Positions 29,459 through 40,444 of a DNA stretch of 42,329 nt are shown here, in pieces. Position 1 is the first letter of the stretch. Every line of letters begins with the position of its first letter. The notes under the pieces were generated by a model. It worked only from the letters and a program-made list of their open reading frames with translations, did not search any database and was not told the DNA's origin. Origin of the DNA: Trichomonas gallinae (taxonomy: Eukaryota); contig MRSU01010877.1 in NCBI GenBank assembly GCA_008369845.1, positions 1 to 42,329 on the forward strand. The letters are read 5' to 3'. Made by a program: the position numbers and the translations under genes.

Positions 29459-30712
29459 ATGCTGAAATTGAAGAGGTCTGTTCGAATGCTCCAAATGGAA
29501 ACTCTCGCTGGTAGAATCGAGCGTGTCCCTGACAAACAGTTCGTTAAAGGCGAGACTGTTTACGTCATTGATACCAACAAATTCGATATCTACAAGGCTA
29601 CCATCGAACACGTCTTCCAAGATGGTTACGAAGTTAATTATACGGAATACGACCAAAAAGATACAATTGCTATGGACGAGATTGACAGACTTCTTCCGGA
29701 TACTCGTAAAAACAGAGCAGAATACGAAAGACAAGACAAAATTCGTCTGGCTAGAGAACAGGAAAACGACGACGATGATTTCATAGACGATGATGAAGAT
29801 GATGAGGACTTCGACTCAGACTCTGACTCAAAGAAGAAAAAGAAGAAGAAGAAACAAACAAAGAAGAAAGAAAAACCAAAGAAAGAACCTAAGCCTAAGA
29901 AGGAGAAGAAGGAAAAGCCAAAGAAGGAGCCAAAGCCTAAGAAGGAAAAGAAAGAGAAGAAAGAAAGTAAGGAAAAGAAGAAAGAAGAGAAGAAGAAGGA
30001 AGAGATCAGGAGAAAGAACAGTCCAACATTCAAATACATCAAAGAAGCTTACGAATCTAACATCCGTGATGAAGATTCTTTCCTTGTTTGGCTCGATAGT
30101 CAAGAAAATAAACCAGAAGATCTCAACTTCGAAAAACTCGCGAAAAGCTTCGTCGATTACGTCGCCGCATCAGCCAAGTTAGATTCCGATTACGAAAGCT
30201 CAGATTACTACAGCGAGGATGACGCTCCAAAAGTTTTCGAAGAAGAAGTTTTGCACAAACCACATAAAGATCCAGAAGTTCCAATTGTTGATGAGCTCCG
30301 CATTCCATCCTGGATCGGTGTTGAGTCAACAATGGACAGAAGGACATCGAGAAATACATCAAATATCATGACAATTAGATTCGATCATAAGAATTCGAAT
30401 GCATTTATCTATAAAACAGACGATGGTAAGCTTTACCTCATATTAAATGGTGAAGCAATGGAATTAAGAACGAGGGCATCGTCACAAGAAGAATATTTGT
30501 ATCGTCCAATCCCTGTTATTTCTAACGAAGATCACACGTCAAAGATTGCATACGTAGAAGCATATAAGCGCAATACATTATACCAAATTACAGAAAAACC
30601 AGAAGACGTTCGTGTTCTTGAAGAACTCGAGAAAAAGAATTCGAGAACAAAGGACTCATCAGTTACTGTTACAAAGAAGAAAGAGCTTACATCAAACTTC
30701 TTAGAGGATTAA
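29459..30712 (+). CDS. Tudor-knot/chromo-barrel, Lys/Glu-rich linker and Leo1-like domain
   Basis: FVKGETVYVID...IYKATI...YEVNY...RLLPDT; LRIPSWIGVE...SNAFIYKTDDGKLYLILNGE. Start could be 29459, 29486 or 29495. Confidence 0.7.
   Translation: MLKLKRSVRMLQMETLAGRIERVPDKQFVKGETVYVIDTNKFDIYKATIEHVFQDGYEVNYTEYDQKDTIAMDEIDRLLPDTRKNRAEYERQDKIRLAREQENDDDDFIDDDEDDEDFDSDSDSKKKKKKKKQTKKKEKPKKEPKPKKEKKEKPKKEPKPKKEKKEKKESKEKKKEEKKKEEIRRKNSPTFKYIKEAYESNIRDEDSFLVWLDSQENKPEDLNFEKLAKSFVDYVAASAKLDSDYESSDYYSEDDAPKVFEEEVLHKPHKDPEVPIVDELRIPSWIGVESTMDRRTSRNTSNIMTIRFDHKNSNAFIYKTDDGKLYLILNGEAMELRTRASSQEEYLYRPIPVISNEDHTSKIAYVEAYKRNTLYQITEKPEDVRVLEELEKKNSRTKDSSVTVTKKKELTSNFLED
29830..30003 (+). repeat. Purine-rich coding repeats (poly-Lys, KKEKPKKEPKP x2)
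   Basis: KKKKKKKKQTKKKEKPKKEPKPKKEKKEKPKKEPKPKKEKKEKKESKEKKKEEKKKE. Confidence 0.85.
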
Positions 30713-31033
30713 TTAATTTTTTATTTTTTTGCATATATAATAAAGTATCCAAGGTGTGTATAATTAATGGGAGTTTTTATGATATATATGCATGATGAAT
30801 TATGAAATATATCATGAAAGTAAAATTTTGAAAAAATATATTTTGCGAAAAGCGTGAAAATTGATTAAATTTAGACTGAAAATGGATTATTGTGTTGAGA
30901 AATGACTGTATCTATAAAGAATAAGGTTTGTGAAAAAATTTTTAAAAAATCAAAAAAAAACGAGAAATATGATGAAACAAGCTGTTCTTCCAAAGTTATC
31001 AAAAAAATGAAATCTGCAGAACAAAAAAATTCT

Positions 31034-32329
31034 ATGATATGTCTCCTCTTCATTCTTTCTCTGTGTGACACTCAGCAGGAGGAAGAGGATGACGAGGAAT
31101 ACGAGCCCGAAGTGACCAGAGGCAACTTTTTGGAGAAAAATCTTGAAAATATCGGAATGAAAAAAGATTTGCCTCCAAGATCGCAATATGCGTTTGTTAC
31201 AATATACTCAAACGACATAGCGAAGCAATTTGGATACTTACAGATGCTTGTTGTCCTAGGATACTCGCTGAAAGTATTTAACCCTACAATCGACAGAGTC
31301 GTTATTTGCCATGAGGCATTCGAAAACGATGCGCCTGTCGTGAAAATCCTGCGAAAAGCGTGGACGCACGTGATATTTCGGAAAGTTATCCGCTGGCCAG
31401 ATGAATTCGACAGAGAAAAGGTAATCAATGCGAAATGGTTTAAATTTCATGCTTGGACACTAACGCAGTACAAGAAGGTGCTACTTATAGGCGCTGACAC
31501 GATGCTTTTCACAGATCCATCTCCTTTATTTCATTATCAGACGCCTGCAGCGAGTTACTACCATTCTGACTATGAACTAAAGAGCGATGGACCTCTGTTT
31601 AATCCAGATTTTATGTTAATTGAACCAAATTTGATTGATTTCAATAATCTTCTCGAAGAATCTTTGCCTTACATTTTTGCCACAACAAAAGACGAACATA
31701 TGTATGGAAAAGACGACTCCGCTCCTATTAATAGAGTTTTTAGAGGCAGAATTAATCTTTTCCCGATATTTTTTAACCACGAAAACGGAGGATACAAACA
31801 TACGATATGTGGTGATCCTCTCAGTGATTCGTTTAAGCAATTGCGGTGTGCATTTATTCATTTTACTGGTTCTGGGAAACCATGGAAGAAATTTTCTCTT
31901 TATTCCGTCATCTGGCACTGCTTTGCGAAAATATTCAACGAAAGACTGGATTTGCCGTTCAAAAGCAAGGGAACGGACATGTTTTCGGAATATGTTTATA
32001 AAACTTTTTTCCTCGAAGCGAGCCAGCAGAAGAAATACTACCAAATCGACGACGTAGACTACGACGAAGAAAACGAGATCGGAGACGATTATTACCCCGA
32101 AATAATTCACTCAGGGGCCAGAAGAAATTTCACAATGTTATTTCTGATTTTATTTCTTTCATTATTATTCGCAAAACATATTGCAAACATATATAACCCT
32201 TTTAGGGTTCTCATAGGGCGGGTTATTGACGACGTTCGCCAGTTCGCGCGTCTTGAATCAAATGAAGAAAATAACCACATGCTCCAAGGGGCGGAGAAGA
32301 AAAGAAAGAAAAGGAAAAGGAAAAAGTAG
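31034..32329 (+). CDS. Glycogenin-like GT8 glycosyltransferase, type-I membrane topology
   Basis: Signal MICLLFILSLC; YAFVT, VLGYSL, KFHAWTLTQYKKVLLIGADT, HFTGSGKPW; C-terminal TM and basic tail. Confidence 0.85.
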   Translation: MICLLFILSLCDTQQEEEDDEEYEPEVTRGNFLEKNLENIGMKKDLPPRSQYAFVTIYSNDIAKQFGYLQMLVVLGYSLKVFNPTIDRVVICHEAFENDAPVVKILRKAWTHVIFRKVIRWPDEFDREKVINAKWFKFHAWTLTQYKKVLLIGADTMLFTDPSPLFHYQTPAASYYHSDYELKSDGPLFNPDFMLIEPNLIDFNNLLEESLPYIFATTKDEHMYGKDDSAPINRVFRGRINLFPIFFNHENGGYKHTICGDPLSDSFKQLRCAFIHFTGSGKPWKKFSLYSVIWHCFAKIFNERLDLPFKSKGTDMFSEYVYKTFFLEASQQKKYYQIDDVDYDEENEIGDDYYPEIIHSGARRNFTMLFLILFLSLLFAKHIANIYNPFRVLIGRVIDDVRQFARLESNEENNHMLQGAEKKRKKRKRKK

Positions 32330-32378
32330 ATATATATTTTTTGTTTTGTTTGTTTATAATATTAAAATTTGCGGATAT

Positions 32379-33599
32379 TTATAAATTTTGTAGAAAGTTG
32401 TCGATCAGATTTGTAAATCCACTTAATGATGGTTTTGAGCTTATAGTGTCAAGAAATTCATCTATATCAATGTTTTCAAGATATGATTTGAAAATTTCGA
32501 CTTTGTTTTCAAGTAAGGATCTTTGATATAGATTTTCTACACATGAACAAATCTTTTGAATAAAGAAGAATTCGTCAATATTAAGGAATTGGTTCAAATT
32601 TTCGAAGAATAAACTTAAATCACTCTCCAAATCGAAAGTATTGGTGCATATTATATCCATTATGCATGAGAATTTATGTTTTCGTGCTTCGAATTGTAGA
32701 TCATTGAGATTTCTAAATGAATTCTGAATAAAATCTCGATTATTCGTTAGCAGAAATGTCTTATGAAGTATTGACGTTGCTAAAATTGAATGATTTGGAG
32801 TGTTTGACATATCCACAATCAAATCTGCATTTTTGAAGACAAGTTCACACGATATTGGATCATCTAGTAATTTCCAAAGCATTGATAATATGCTCACTGG
32901 ATATTGTGGTATAAATGAAAAAATTTCAATATGATTTTGTAGATACATCGAAGTTGATTCGAAATCATTCTGTATTAGAAAAGATAAACATGATATGCAG
33001 CATTCAATATGGCTTTCAAGCATATTATCAATCATTTGAAAAATATATTCATTATCGTTTAAAATATGAGTGGAATAAAGCAGTAAGTTTTCCCTGATTT
33101 GTGGAATGGTTTCAAACAGTATTTTGATGTCTTCTATCGTATAAATATCATATTTGTATGATAACTTTTGATCGTAAAGAAATATAACGTCAAATATGAA
33201 ATTGATTGCATCTACATCAGTTAGTATTCTTAAATCTGCTAAAATATGTTTTGTTTCTGATATAAAATTTGATAAGTGTTCATAATTTGTTAATTTAGTA
33301 ATGATTTTCCAAATATTGCAAAGTATTTGGAGTAGCATGGGATCCTTTGTATGTAAGTGGAAATATAAAATGGAATAAAAATCATGCATCAAATCAGATG
33401 AAATATTTTCGAAAGATATATCAGGTAATGATAATAATTCGAGGATTTCTATGAATATTTCGTTGTATGAATCATTTTCTTCATTGTGAATTAATTCATT
33501 GATTTTGATTTCGATTAATTCTTTAAGATTTTCTTGATGTGGCTCTATATTTAGTTTGTCATTTGATATTTTGCAAATTTCAAGCTCTTTGTAACTCAT
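32379..33599 (-). CDS. Hypothetical helical-repeat protein
   Basis: 406-aa Ile/Leu/Phe-rich ORF in very AT-rich DNA; ends in TAAA. Confidence 0.8.
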   Translation of the reverse strand: MSYKELEICKISNDKLNIEPHQENLKELIEIKINELIHNEENDSYNEIFIEILELLSLPDISFENISSDLMHDFYSILYFHLHTKDPMLLQILCNIWKIITKLTNYEHLSNFISETKHILADLRILTDVDAINFIFDVIFLYDQKLSYKYDIYTIEDIKILFETIPQIRENLLLYSTHILNDNEYIFQMIDNMLESHIECCISCLSFLIQNDFESTSMYLQNHIEIFSFIPQYPVSILSMLWKLLDDPISCELVFKNADLIVDMSNTPNHSILATSILHKTFLLTNNRDFIQNSFRNLNDLQFEARKHKFSCIMDIICTNTFDLESDLSLFFENLNQFLNIDEFFFIQKICSCVENLYQRSLLENKVEIFKSYLENIDIDEFLDTISSKPSLSGFTNLIDNFLQNL

Positions 33600-33665
33600 T
33601 TATTTGAGCATAAAACAAAACATCAAATTTGCAAAAAAAAAAAATGATTTATAAACAAAACAAAC

Positions 33666-34337
33666 TTACATATTATTATCATCATCGTCATCATCGCATG
33701 CCAATGATGCAAGAAACTGGGCTCCAGCTCCAGTCATTTCAACAGCTTCATTCGAATCTTGCTGAGGCGGAGCTTTATCTTTCGGCTTTTGTTTCTTTGT
33801 TGGAGTATATTGTGGTATTTTAGACTCTCTTTGCTCTGTTTTCTTCGTAGTTGGAGTTGATTTTCTTTTGGCCAACTCTGAGTATCCTGGTGTTTCAGGC
33901 TGCTTCACTTGATCCTCTTTGCGTGGAGATTTTGTATCATTTGATTTGGTTTCTTCTGATGAAATAATTGATGCAGTTTCTGACGTTTTTTCTGGATTAA
34001 CTAGTCTTCTATGCTCTTTGTTGATTTTCTTGATCTCTTTTGCAATGGTAACTTCGTTGCTTTCTAAGTGTGATTCTGTTTTCTCCGATAATTTTTCGAG
34101 TTTTTCGATGTATTTTGTAACCTCATCTGCATCGAATCCATCGAGTACCATTTTTTCTGTAAGTTCAAACAAATAATCCGCTTTATTAAATTTTTGTTTA
34201 TTTTGTGCTTTTGGAACATCATTGTCTGCTTTGTTTATACGATGCTTGTCAGATATTTTTGTCGCGTTTTGGACTTTTTTGTTCATTTCCATCAACTTCT
34301 GCTTAGCTTTTAGAAGCCTTTCGTTATTCTCAGACAT
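33666..34337 (-). CDS. Hypothetical coiled-coil/low-complexity protein
   Basis: AAAAGTGACAAAAATG marks the start at 34337 rather than 34421. Confidence 0.8.
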   Translation of the reverse strand: MSENNERLLKAKQKLMEMNKKVQNATKISDKHRINKADNDVPKAQNKQKFNKADYLFELTEKMVLDGFDADEVTKYIEKLEKLSEKTESHLESNEVTIAKEIKKINKEHRRLVNPEKTSETASIISSEETKSNDTKSPRKEDQVKQPETPGYSELAKRKSTPTTKKTEQRESKIPQYTPTKKQKPKDKAPPQQDSNEAVEMTGAGAQFLASLACDDDDDDNNM

Positions 34338-34583
34338 TTTTGTCACTTTTAGAGAATTCCAAATTATCAGATATGCATCTAGAACATATTTTAAAAACCA
34401 ACCTATTACAAATTTTTCCATTTTAACATGAAAAATTGTTTATTTTTGTGTTGTTTTTGAAAAATTTGTATTTTTTTGTAAAATGAAAAAATGTAAAGGA
34501 AAAACTTTAATGTAATATGTATAGATAATTGAACATTTATCATTTTTTTTGATTTTTATTTTTGTCAGAAAATCGTTGAAAAG

Positions 34584-35126
34584 ATGCATGAGGTCAGGGA
34601 GCCAACGATGAAGCCCATTAGCATTAAGTCGGCGAGGTTATATCACTCTCCATACTTGCAGCCTCTGTGGGTGCCAAAAAATCCAGTCAATCCAGTCTCT
34701 CCTCGTCCAGTAACGAATAGGAATTCTCGAAATTTACTTAGAAACAATCAAAGAGCACCAGGTGAGTATGACGGATCGATTTTAATGAGTCCAACAATTA
34801 GCAAGGGATTTAAATTCAATCCAGAACTCACTTACGATCAGAGAAATAAACAAAATCAAGTCAGACGCCAGAAATACGATCAACAACTCGCACAGAAATA
34901 CACCAAAGTGTTTGCTTGCGATCCTTACAAGACAAGCATGACTGATACGTGGCAGAAAGTTTTAATTGATCATCAGAAAGCAAGATATAGAAATGAAACG
35001 ATCGAATACCAACAAAGAATGATATTTAGCCGCCAAAGATCACAAAGAATCGGTGATGAAGCTGAAAGAGTCCACAAATATCAAATGGAAATTAACGGCG
35101 TTAAGGAACCAACTTATGTTGTTTGA
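34584..35126 (+). CDS. Hypothetical basic protein (180 aa)
   Basis: ATG ORF with coding-like composition between AT-rich spacers. Confidence 0.75.
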   Translation: MHEVREPTMKPISIKSARLYHSPYLQPLWVPKNPVNPVSPRPVTNRNSRNLLRNNQRAPGEYDGSILMSPTISKGFKFNPELTYDQRNKQNQVRRQKYDQQLAQKYTKVFACDPYKTSMTDTWQKVLIDHQKARYRNETIEYQQRMIFSRQRSQRIGDEAERVHKYQMEINGVKEPTYVV

Positions 35127-35637
35127 ATATATAAAATTTATTTATTATACATAACAATGCAAATAATTTTGTTTGCTGATAATTATGAAATTTTTTGATT
35201 GTATTATTATCATATGGAAAATGCATGCTACTTGTCGTAAGGAGAATGTATTCAATGGAATCTTGATATGAATTGTCATGAATTAATTTTTTCAATATTT
35301 TCTACTTATTTGTTTAATATTGCTTTAGTGGATGGCATCAATTCTTCAAGTTCAAATAACTATTGCGTATTATTTTGTTCAAATGTGTTTATTGGAAAAT
35401 ATGAGAAATAATATCTTTGATGTTTGACCTTCTATCTTTCTATTTGGTTTTATATGTCGGTTATTTGATTGCTTATGGATTAATGTGTAATTACAAAATA
35501 TAATAAGCGAGTGACATAATTTTTGAAGTGTAAATCGGATAATCACATGCTGTAAATGCAAATCTTAGAAGGAAAAATGATAAAATCCAAGTCGTCATTT
35601 CGTTGTCACTTTTCAAAATAAATACGTTTTTAGGTAA

Positions 35638-36621
35638 ATGAAGGGAAACTGGAGTCAACCACCTGTTGCGAAAACAGCTCCAGTCACAGATCTCAAGCCT
35701 AAACCGGTGGCGCCGATGAAGACACCGAAAACAATGAAGCGTAACACAATCTCACTTTTAGCATATCGACGCCCAGCAGGCGAAATGATGATCTGCAACA
35801 TAAGCAACTTCGGAAAAGACGCACCAAAGATCGCGATCGGCTGTAGCAGGCCTAAACCTGTTTTTCCGGATCAAACTCCAGGCCCAGGTCATTATGATCC
35901 TGGAGATCCTGGTGAATCAAGAAGGATTCCACACCAAATATCGAAATACCAAGAAAGAACACTGAAGAATGTCACTGCAAATATCGATTATATTAATTAT
36001 CGAGTATTTCCATCAACGATTGGCACAACTATACCAAAGACAAGTCACCAAGAATATTTTTCATTTGACAAAGATATTCCTGGGCCGTCTTTTAATCCTC
36101 CATCTACGTTAGCTTCGAAAGGGCACAAAATCGAACCTATTCGTGTTGAGAGGAGTCCAGGAGAAACAGCTCCTGGCCCAGGATATTACAATCCCGTTTT
36201 TGATCAGACAAAACCGGCATATGTTAGTAAAACAACCAGAAATACAGATCATTTCCCTGGATCAACGACGCCAGGTCCAGGGCATTACAATCCGAACTTT
36301 GATGCGCAGTTAACCGTCCAACCCAAATTTACAATCGGCAGCAAGGTCAGGAACAAACGCAGGAGGAAGAACGACCCACCTGAAGTTCCAAAAGGAAAAC
36401 TTATTGGTGTTGCTCAGTTTGTTTTCCCGCTCGATCCGTCAATGGACGAGGACGAAGTATTCAGATACATTGCATCACATCCTGCTCTGAAGTTTGTCGT
36501 GAACGAGATCATGGACTACGTGCTCGTCAACAAGCCAGAGGACCCGATTAAGTTCATCTATGACCTTTTCGCAGAAGAAAAAGAAGCACGCAAGAAAGAG
36601 GCAGAACCTAGTAACGAGTAA
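35638..36621 (+). CDS. SHIPPO-1/ODF3 (PGP-repeat) axonemal protein with C-terminal RIIa/Dpy-30-like domain
   Basis: TPGPGHYDP, IPGPSF, APGPGYYNP, TPGPGHYNP, PKFTIG; EIMDYVLVNKPEDPIKFIYDLF. Confidence 0.85.
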   Translation: MKGNWSQPPVAKTAPVTDLKPKPVAPMKTPKTMKRNTISLLAYRRPAGEMMICNISNFGKDAPKIAIGCSRPKPVFPDQTPGPGHYDPGDPGESRRIPHQISKYQERTLKNVTANIDYINYRVFPSTIGTTIPKTSHQEYFSFDKDIPGPSFNPPSTLASKGHKIEPIRVERSPGETAPGPGYYNPVFDQTKPAYVSKTTRNTDHFPGSTTPGPGHYNPNFDAQLTVQPKFTIGSKVRNKRRRKNDPPEVPKGKLIGVAQFVFPLDPSMDEDEVFRYIASHPALKFVVNEIMDYVLVNKPEDPIKFIYDLFAEEKEARKKEAEPSNE

Positions 36622-36808
36622 GTTTTTTTATCAAATGTTTGTTTTTATCATAAAGAGTTAAGCGTTTTCTATATATTTATTAATCACTATAAAACATTAT
36701 GATTCACGAAAAATAGCACCTCATAAAAAAGTATAAATATAAAACATAAATGATGAAAGAGAATAAATGATGTAATTATAATGATGATGAGTGAGAATAT
36801 GGAACATT

Positions 36809-37957
36809 TTATACATTTTTCTTTGCGGTCTTTCGCGGTTTCTTCTTGTTGGGTGACTCCAGATACTTAGGGTTAACGTGAGGAACGCCGTAGATCTTGC
36901 GCGCGAGGAGTTGTGACACCGGAACTCCTGGCGTGTAAGTCGGGAAGACAGGTGTCTCAGGACGCTGCAGAGTGGATTGCGGTCTGCTCGTGCGCTGCGG
37001 TTCTATGGCCACACGCGAGGAGAGCCTCTCTGCCCACTCAGGGACACGCGGCCCAGTGGAGGAGCGAGGCCTAAGACGAGGCTTTTCCGCAGGTTTTACC
37101 GGCTCCAAAACACGACTGTATGGAGAGTTTTGAAGGTTGAGGGAGAACGAATATGGCTTGTTCATGCCTTTACCGATGCCAACAGGCAGCTTTCGCTTGT
37201 TGTGGAGCTCTTCATCTGAGAGAGGTTGAAATTCTCTCGGTGGAAGTCCAAGTTTTGGTTCTGCGTTTATTTTTGCGCAGTTGGCTTTCTGTTCAACACC
37301 AATGTAGTCTGAGTTACAGGAAACGCAGCAAAGACACGTTGCATTTGGGTTATCCATTGAAACTTTAACTAAGTGTTTTAAAGATGCAGGAGATTCATCT
37401 GGGAACTTCTCAATCACTCTAGCGAGTACAACTAAGTAGTGAGGAACGACATAATTTGGTGAATCACAATCTAGTTTTCCAGAACAACATCTTTTTGGAT
37501 CTGGTTTGTCCTCAATGCACTGGTTGATATAATCAGTGATATTTACCGACTTTTGAGAGCGCATCGAAGAGAATTTTCTGTCCGTTATTTGGGCAGAGGA
37601 CTCATTGAGCAAAACAAGTCCGTTTTCAGTAATGTCCATCACAATAGTAAGAGTTATCTTCTTCTTTGGATAGTATATTTCCATGCCTTCCATAATTGTG
37701 TTATAAATTGTTCGTAAATCCTTTTTAATTTTCGAATCTACATCTGGTTCAATCGAATCTAGTGTAATTGTAACTTTTTGCGTTGGTTGATAATCTTCTT
37801 CTCGCTTGATTTCCTGGTCGGATATTTGAATTTTACCTACACCTTCGTCGATACAGAAGAGTTTGAACTTCCCATCGTCTGTCGGGAAGGAAGTCAGTGG
37901 ATAGCTGTACTTGACGCTGCATGTTGTCTGCGTGGCGCCGTTCAACAACTCTTCCAT
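36809..37957 (-). CDS. Hypothetical protein with Cys cluster and Pro/Arg-rich tail
   Basis: 382-aa ATG ORF; CCSGKLDC...CLCCVSC; ends in TAAA. Confidence 0.8.
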   Translation of the reverse strand: MEELLNGATQTTCSVKYSYPLTSFPTDDGKFKLFCIDEGVGKIQISDQEIKREEDYQPTQKVTITLDSIEPDVDSKIKKDLRTIYNTIMEGMEIYYPKKKITLTIVMDITENGLVLLNESSAQITDRKFSSMRSQKSVNITDYINQCIEDKPDPKRCCSGKLDCDSPNYVVPHYLVVLARVIEKFPDESPASLKHLVKVSMDNPNATCLCCVSCNSDYIGVEQKANCAKINAEPKLGLPPREFQPLSDEELHNKRKLPVGIGKGMNKPYSFSLNLQNSPYSRVLEPVKPAEKPRLRPRSSTGPRVPEWAERLSSRVAIEPQRTSRPQSTLQRPETPVFPTYTPGVPVSQLLARKIYGVPHVNPKYLESPNKKKPRKTAKKNV

Positions 37958-38230
37958 ATTTTTAATTTTTTTGTGCTCAAAAAATTGTAAATAGTTATCA
38001 AGCTACAGCATTATTCATTGATTATTTTTGATTATTTTTTTTTGAAAAAATTTGAAAAATTAAAAATCAAAAATAAGTAAAAATTATGAATTGATTTGAT
38101 ACGTAAATGCTATATTTTAAATATTTAAAGAATTTTAATAATTTTTGCAGATTTTTGTAAAAAATGCTGTTTGTTATATCCAGTGAACATGGTAATTTCC
38201 AAAATCTCACTTTTTCTCACTCTTTGTGAA

Positions 38231-40444
38231 ATGCAGTCGCTGAATGATTTCATTAGCTCACTCAGGATGGCAAACACGATTGAGCAAGAAAAGTATATCA
38301 TAGCGACAGAGCAGGCAAAAATCCGCGCTAATCTCAAGGTCTGTGAGCAACATCAGCGACCAGTAATTGTATCAAAGCTGATGTTCCTCGACTTACTTGG
38401 ACACAACGTCCAGTGGGGCAACACAGAAGTCATCAACTTAATGTCAGACGAATCTTTCAGTTACAAAAGGATTGGATATATCGCTGCAGCCCAATTATTA
38501 GACTCAGAGGACGATATGAATGTCCTCGTTACTCAGACGCTGCTCAAAGACTTGCAGAGCAGGAATGCATACGTCCAAGCTCTTGCTTTGGGATATATTG
38601 CAAATAATGCGTCTGCGGAAATCTGCACTTCAGTGGTCACAGATGTGCAGAGACTGATGAGTGGAACGCCAGCATTCGTCTTAAAGAGGGCTGGAATGGC
38701 TGCTGTCAGAATTGTCCGCAAAAATCCGGAATTATGCGAAACTTTCAAGAACTCAGTCCAATCACTCCTCAACAATGCATCACACGGCATTGTTATCTCT
38801 GGATTAAATCTCGTTATCGAAATGCTTACAATAAATCCGAAGTTGTCACGAGCTTGGGCCCAATTTGCAAACCCACTCACGAAAATACTCAAAAATCTTG
38901 TTACAGGAAGGTTAAGACCTGAATATGCAACAGAAAACTACAGCGATCCATTTATGCAAATGAAAACTCTTCGCGCTCTTACACTTCTCCACAGGAAGGC
39001 AGATGAAACAGAAAATGTCCTCCAGACAATTATTAACAAGTCAGAATTATCATCAAATGTCGGAAGATCAATCATTTACGAAATCGCTGAGACTGTGGCT
39101 ACAATTTCCAAGTCGCAATCAACGTGTGGCCTTGCATTCAACTCAATCGGCCGCCTTCTCTCGATCAACGACCCGAACGCATTATATTCAGCTTTATGCG
39201 CCTTCGACAGAGTCCTCGCCAGGCCACTCAAGGGAAAGACAGACGCTATGGCACTCCAGCGCTATAAGTCACGTGTTGCAAAATGCCTCGGCAATGACGA
39301 TCCATCAATTCGTCGCCGCGCTCTCTCAGTTATCAGCGCTTTGATCGACGAAACTAACGCTGAGACACTTATCCCAGAGATTCTTGGCTATGTCAGACTG
39401 GCAGACGCCGACTTCCGCGCAGACATCGTCTCCAAGGTCTACCAGGCTGCCATGAACTTCAAAGCAAACGACCACTGGTTCATCAAGACTGCACTCGACC
39501 TCCTCCGCGAGTCTGGCGAATACGTTGGCACAGAGCTTCTCTCATCTTTCTGCGAGTTCGTCGGCCAGACACCAGAACGTTCTTTCGCGCTTGAGTTGCT
39601 CACTGCTGTTCTGCAGGATGCAAACTCGACACAGCCTCTTCTCCAGGCAGCTGCATTCGTCATTGGCGAGTACGGCTCCAACCAGTCATCGATTGCTGAC
39701 ATCTCAGTGCTAACACAGCTTCCGAACATGCGCACAGAGACAAAGCTGTACCTCTTAACAGCTGCTGGAAAACTTGCCGCGAGACTCGGTGCTGCCCAGG
39801 AGGTCATTCCGCTTTTGGCCCGCCTCCAGACATCGAACGACACAGAGGTGCAGCAGAGAGCTGGCGAGCTTATTAGGATGTTCGAGAGGGGAATTGCAGC
39901 AGCAGTCCTCGCCACAGATGATGCAGGAGTCAGCGACGACAAGCTTGTCAAAGTTGAGGCACCTAAAGATGACGACGACGACTTGCTCGGCCTCGTCATG
40001 TCAACCGACGACAACAAACCACAACAGACAGTTCCATCGACACAAAACGACATTTTGTCGCTTTTATCGGCACCATCACCGGCTCCTCAGCAGCCACAAC
40101 AACCACCGAAGCCACAACTTCCTCCAGGCGTTGTTTATGACTGCCCAGACTTCTTTGTCAAGTTCAACCGCGTGACGAATCAGAAGAACCCTCGTCAGCA
40201 CGCGTTGCAGGTCGTGTACTGCTTCAGGAAGAGCGCATCCCAGTTCTCTGCGCAGTACGCAGCTGCACTCGGCTGGATGCTGCAGGGCCCGAATGCGCCA
40301 CCAGGCGACTACAAGGAGCAGCAGAGCCGCGCGGACGTCGTCTACGTGATGGATAGCGAAGGAAAGCCGTTTGGCCTCAAGGTGAGGGTGACCTTCATCG
40401 GCGGCGGCCAACAGACTAGGGAGTTTACTATTGATAGGCTGTGA
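38231..40444 (+). CDS. AP1G1: AP-1 complex gamma adaptin
   Basis: LNDFISSLR...EQAKIR, KRIGY, DPFMQMKTLRAL, ALQRY...DPSIRRRAL, EVQQRAGE, hinge DLL motif and ear domain; tandem TCACT initiators before ATG 38231. Confidence 0.92.
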   Translation: MQSLNDFISSLRMANTIEQEKYIIATEQAKIRANLKVCEQHQRPVIVSKLMFLDLLGHNVQWGNTEVINLMSDESFSYKRIGYIAAAQLLDSEDDMNVLVTQTLLKDLQSRNAYVQALALGYIANNASAEICTSVVTDVQRLMSGTPAFVLKRAGMAAVRIVRKNPELCETFKNSVQSLLNNASHGIVISGLNLVIEMLTINPKLSRAWAQFANPLTKILKNLVTGRLRPEYATENYSDPFMQMKTLRALTLLHRKADETENVLQTIINKSELSSNVGRSIIYEIAETVATISKSQSTCGLAFNSIGRLLSINDPNALYSALCAFDRVLARPLKGKTDAMALQRYKSRVAKCLGNDDPSIRRRALSVISALIDETNAETLIPEILGYVRLADADFRADIVSKVYQAAMNFKANDHWFIKTALDLLRESGEYVGTELLSSFCEFVGQTPERSFALELLTAVLQDANSTQPLLQAAAFVIGEYGSNQSSIADISVLTQLPNMRTETKLYLLTAAGKLAARLGAAQEVIPLLARLQTSNDTEVQQRAGELIRMFERGIAAAVLATDDAGVSDDKLVKVEAPKDDDDDLLGLVMSTDDNKPQQTVPSTQNDILSLLSAPSPAPQQPQQPPKPQLPPGVVYDCPDFFVKFNRVTNQKNPRQHALQVVYCFRKSASQFSAQYAAALGWMLQGPNAPPGDYKEQQSRADVVYVMDSEGKPFGLKVRVTFIGGGQQTREFTIDRL

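Noticed and set aside
35127..35580. Possible decayed coding sequence in long spacers (also 12300-12500)
   Set aside because: No recognisable motif or periodicity in any frame.
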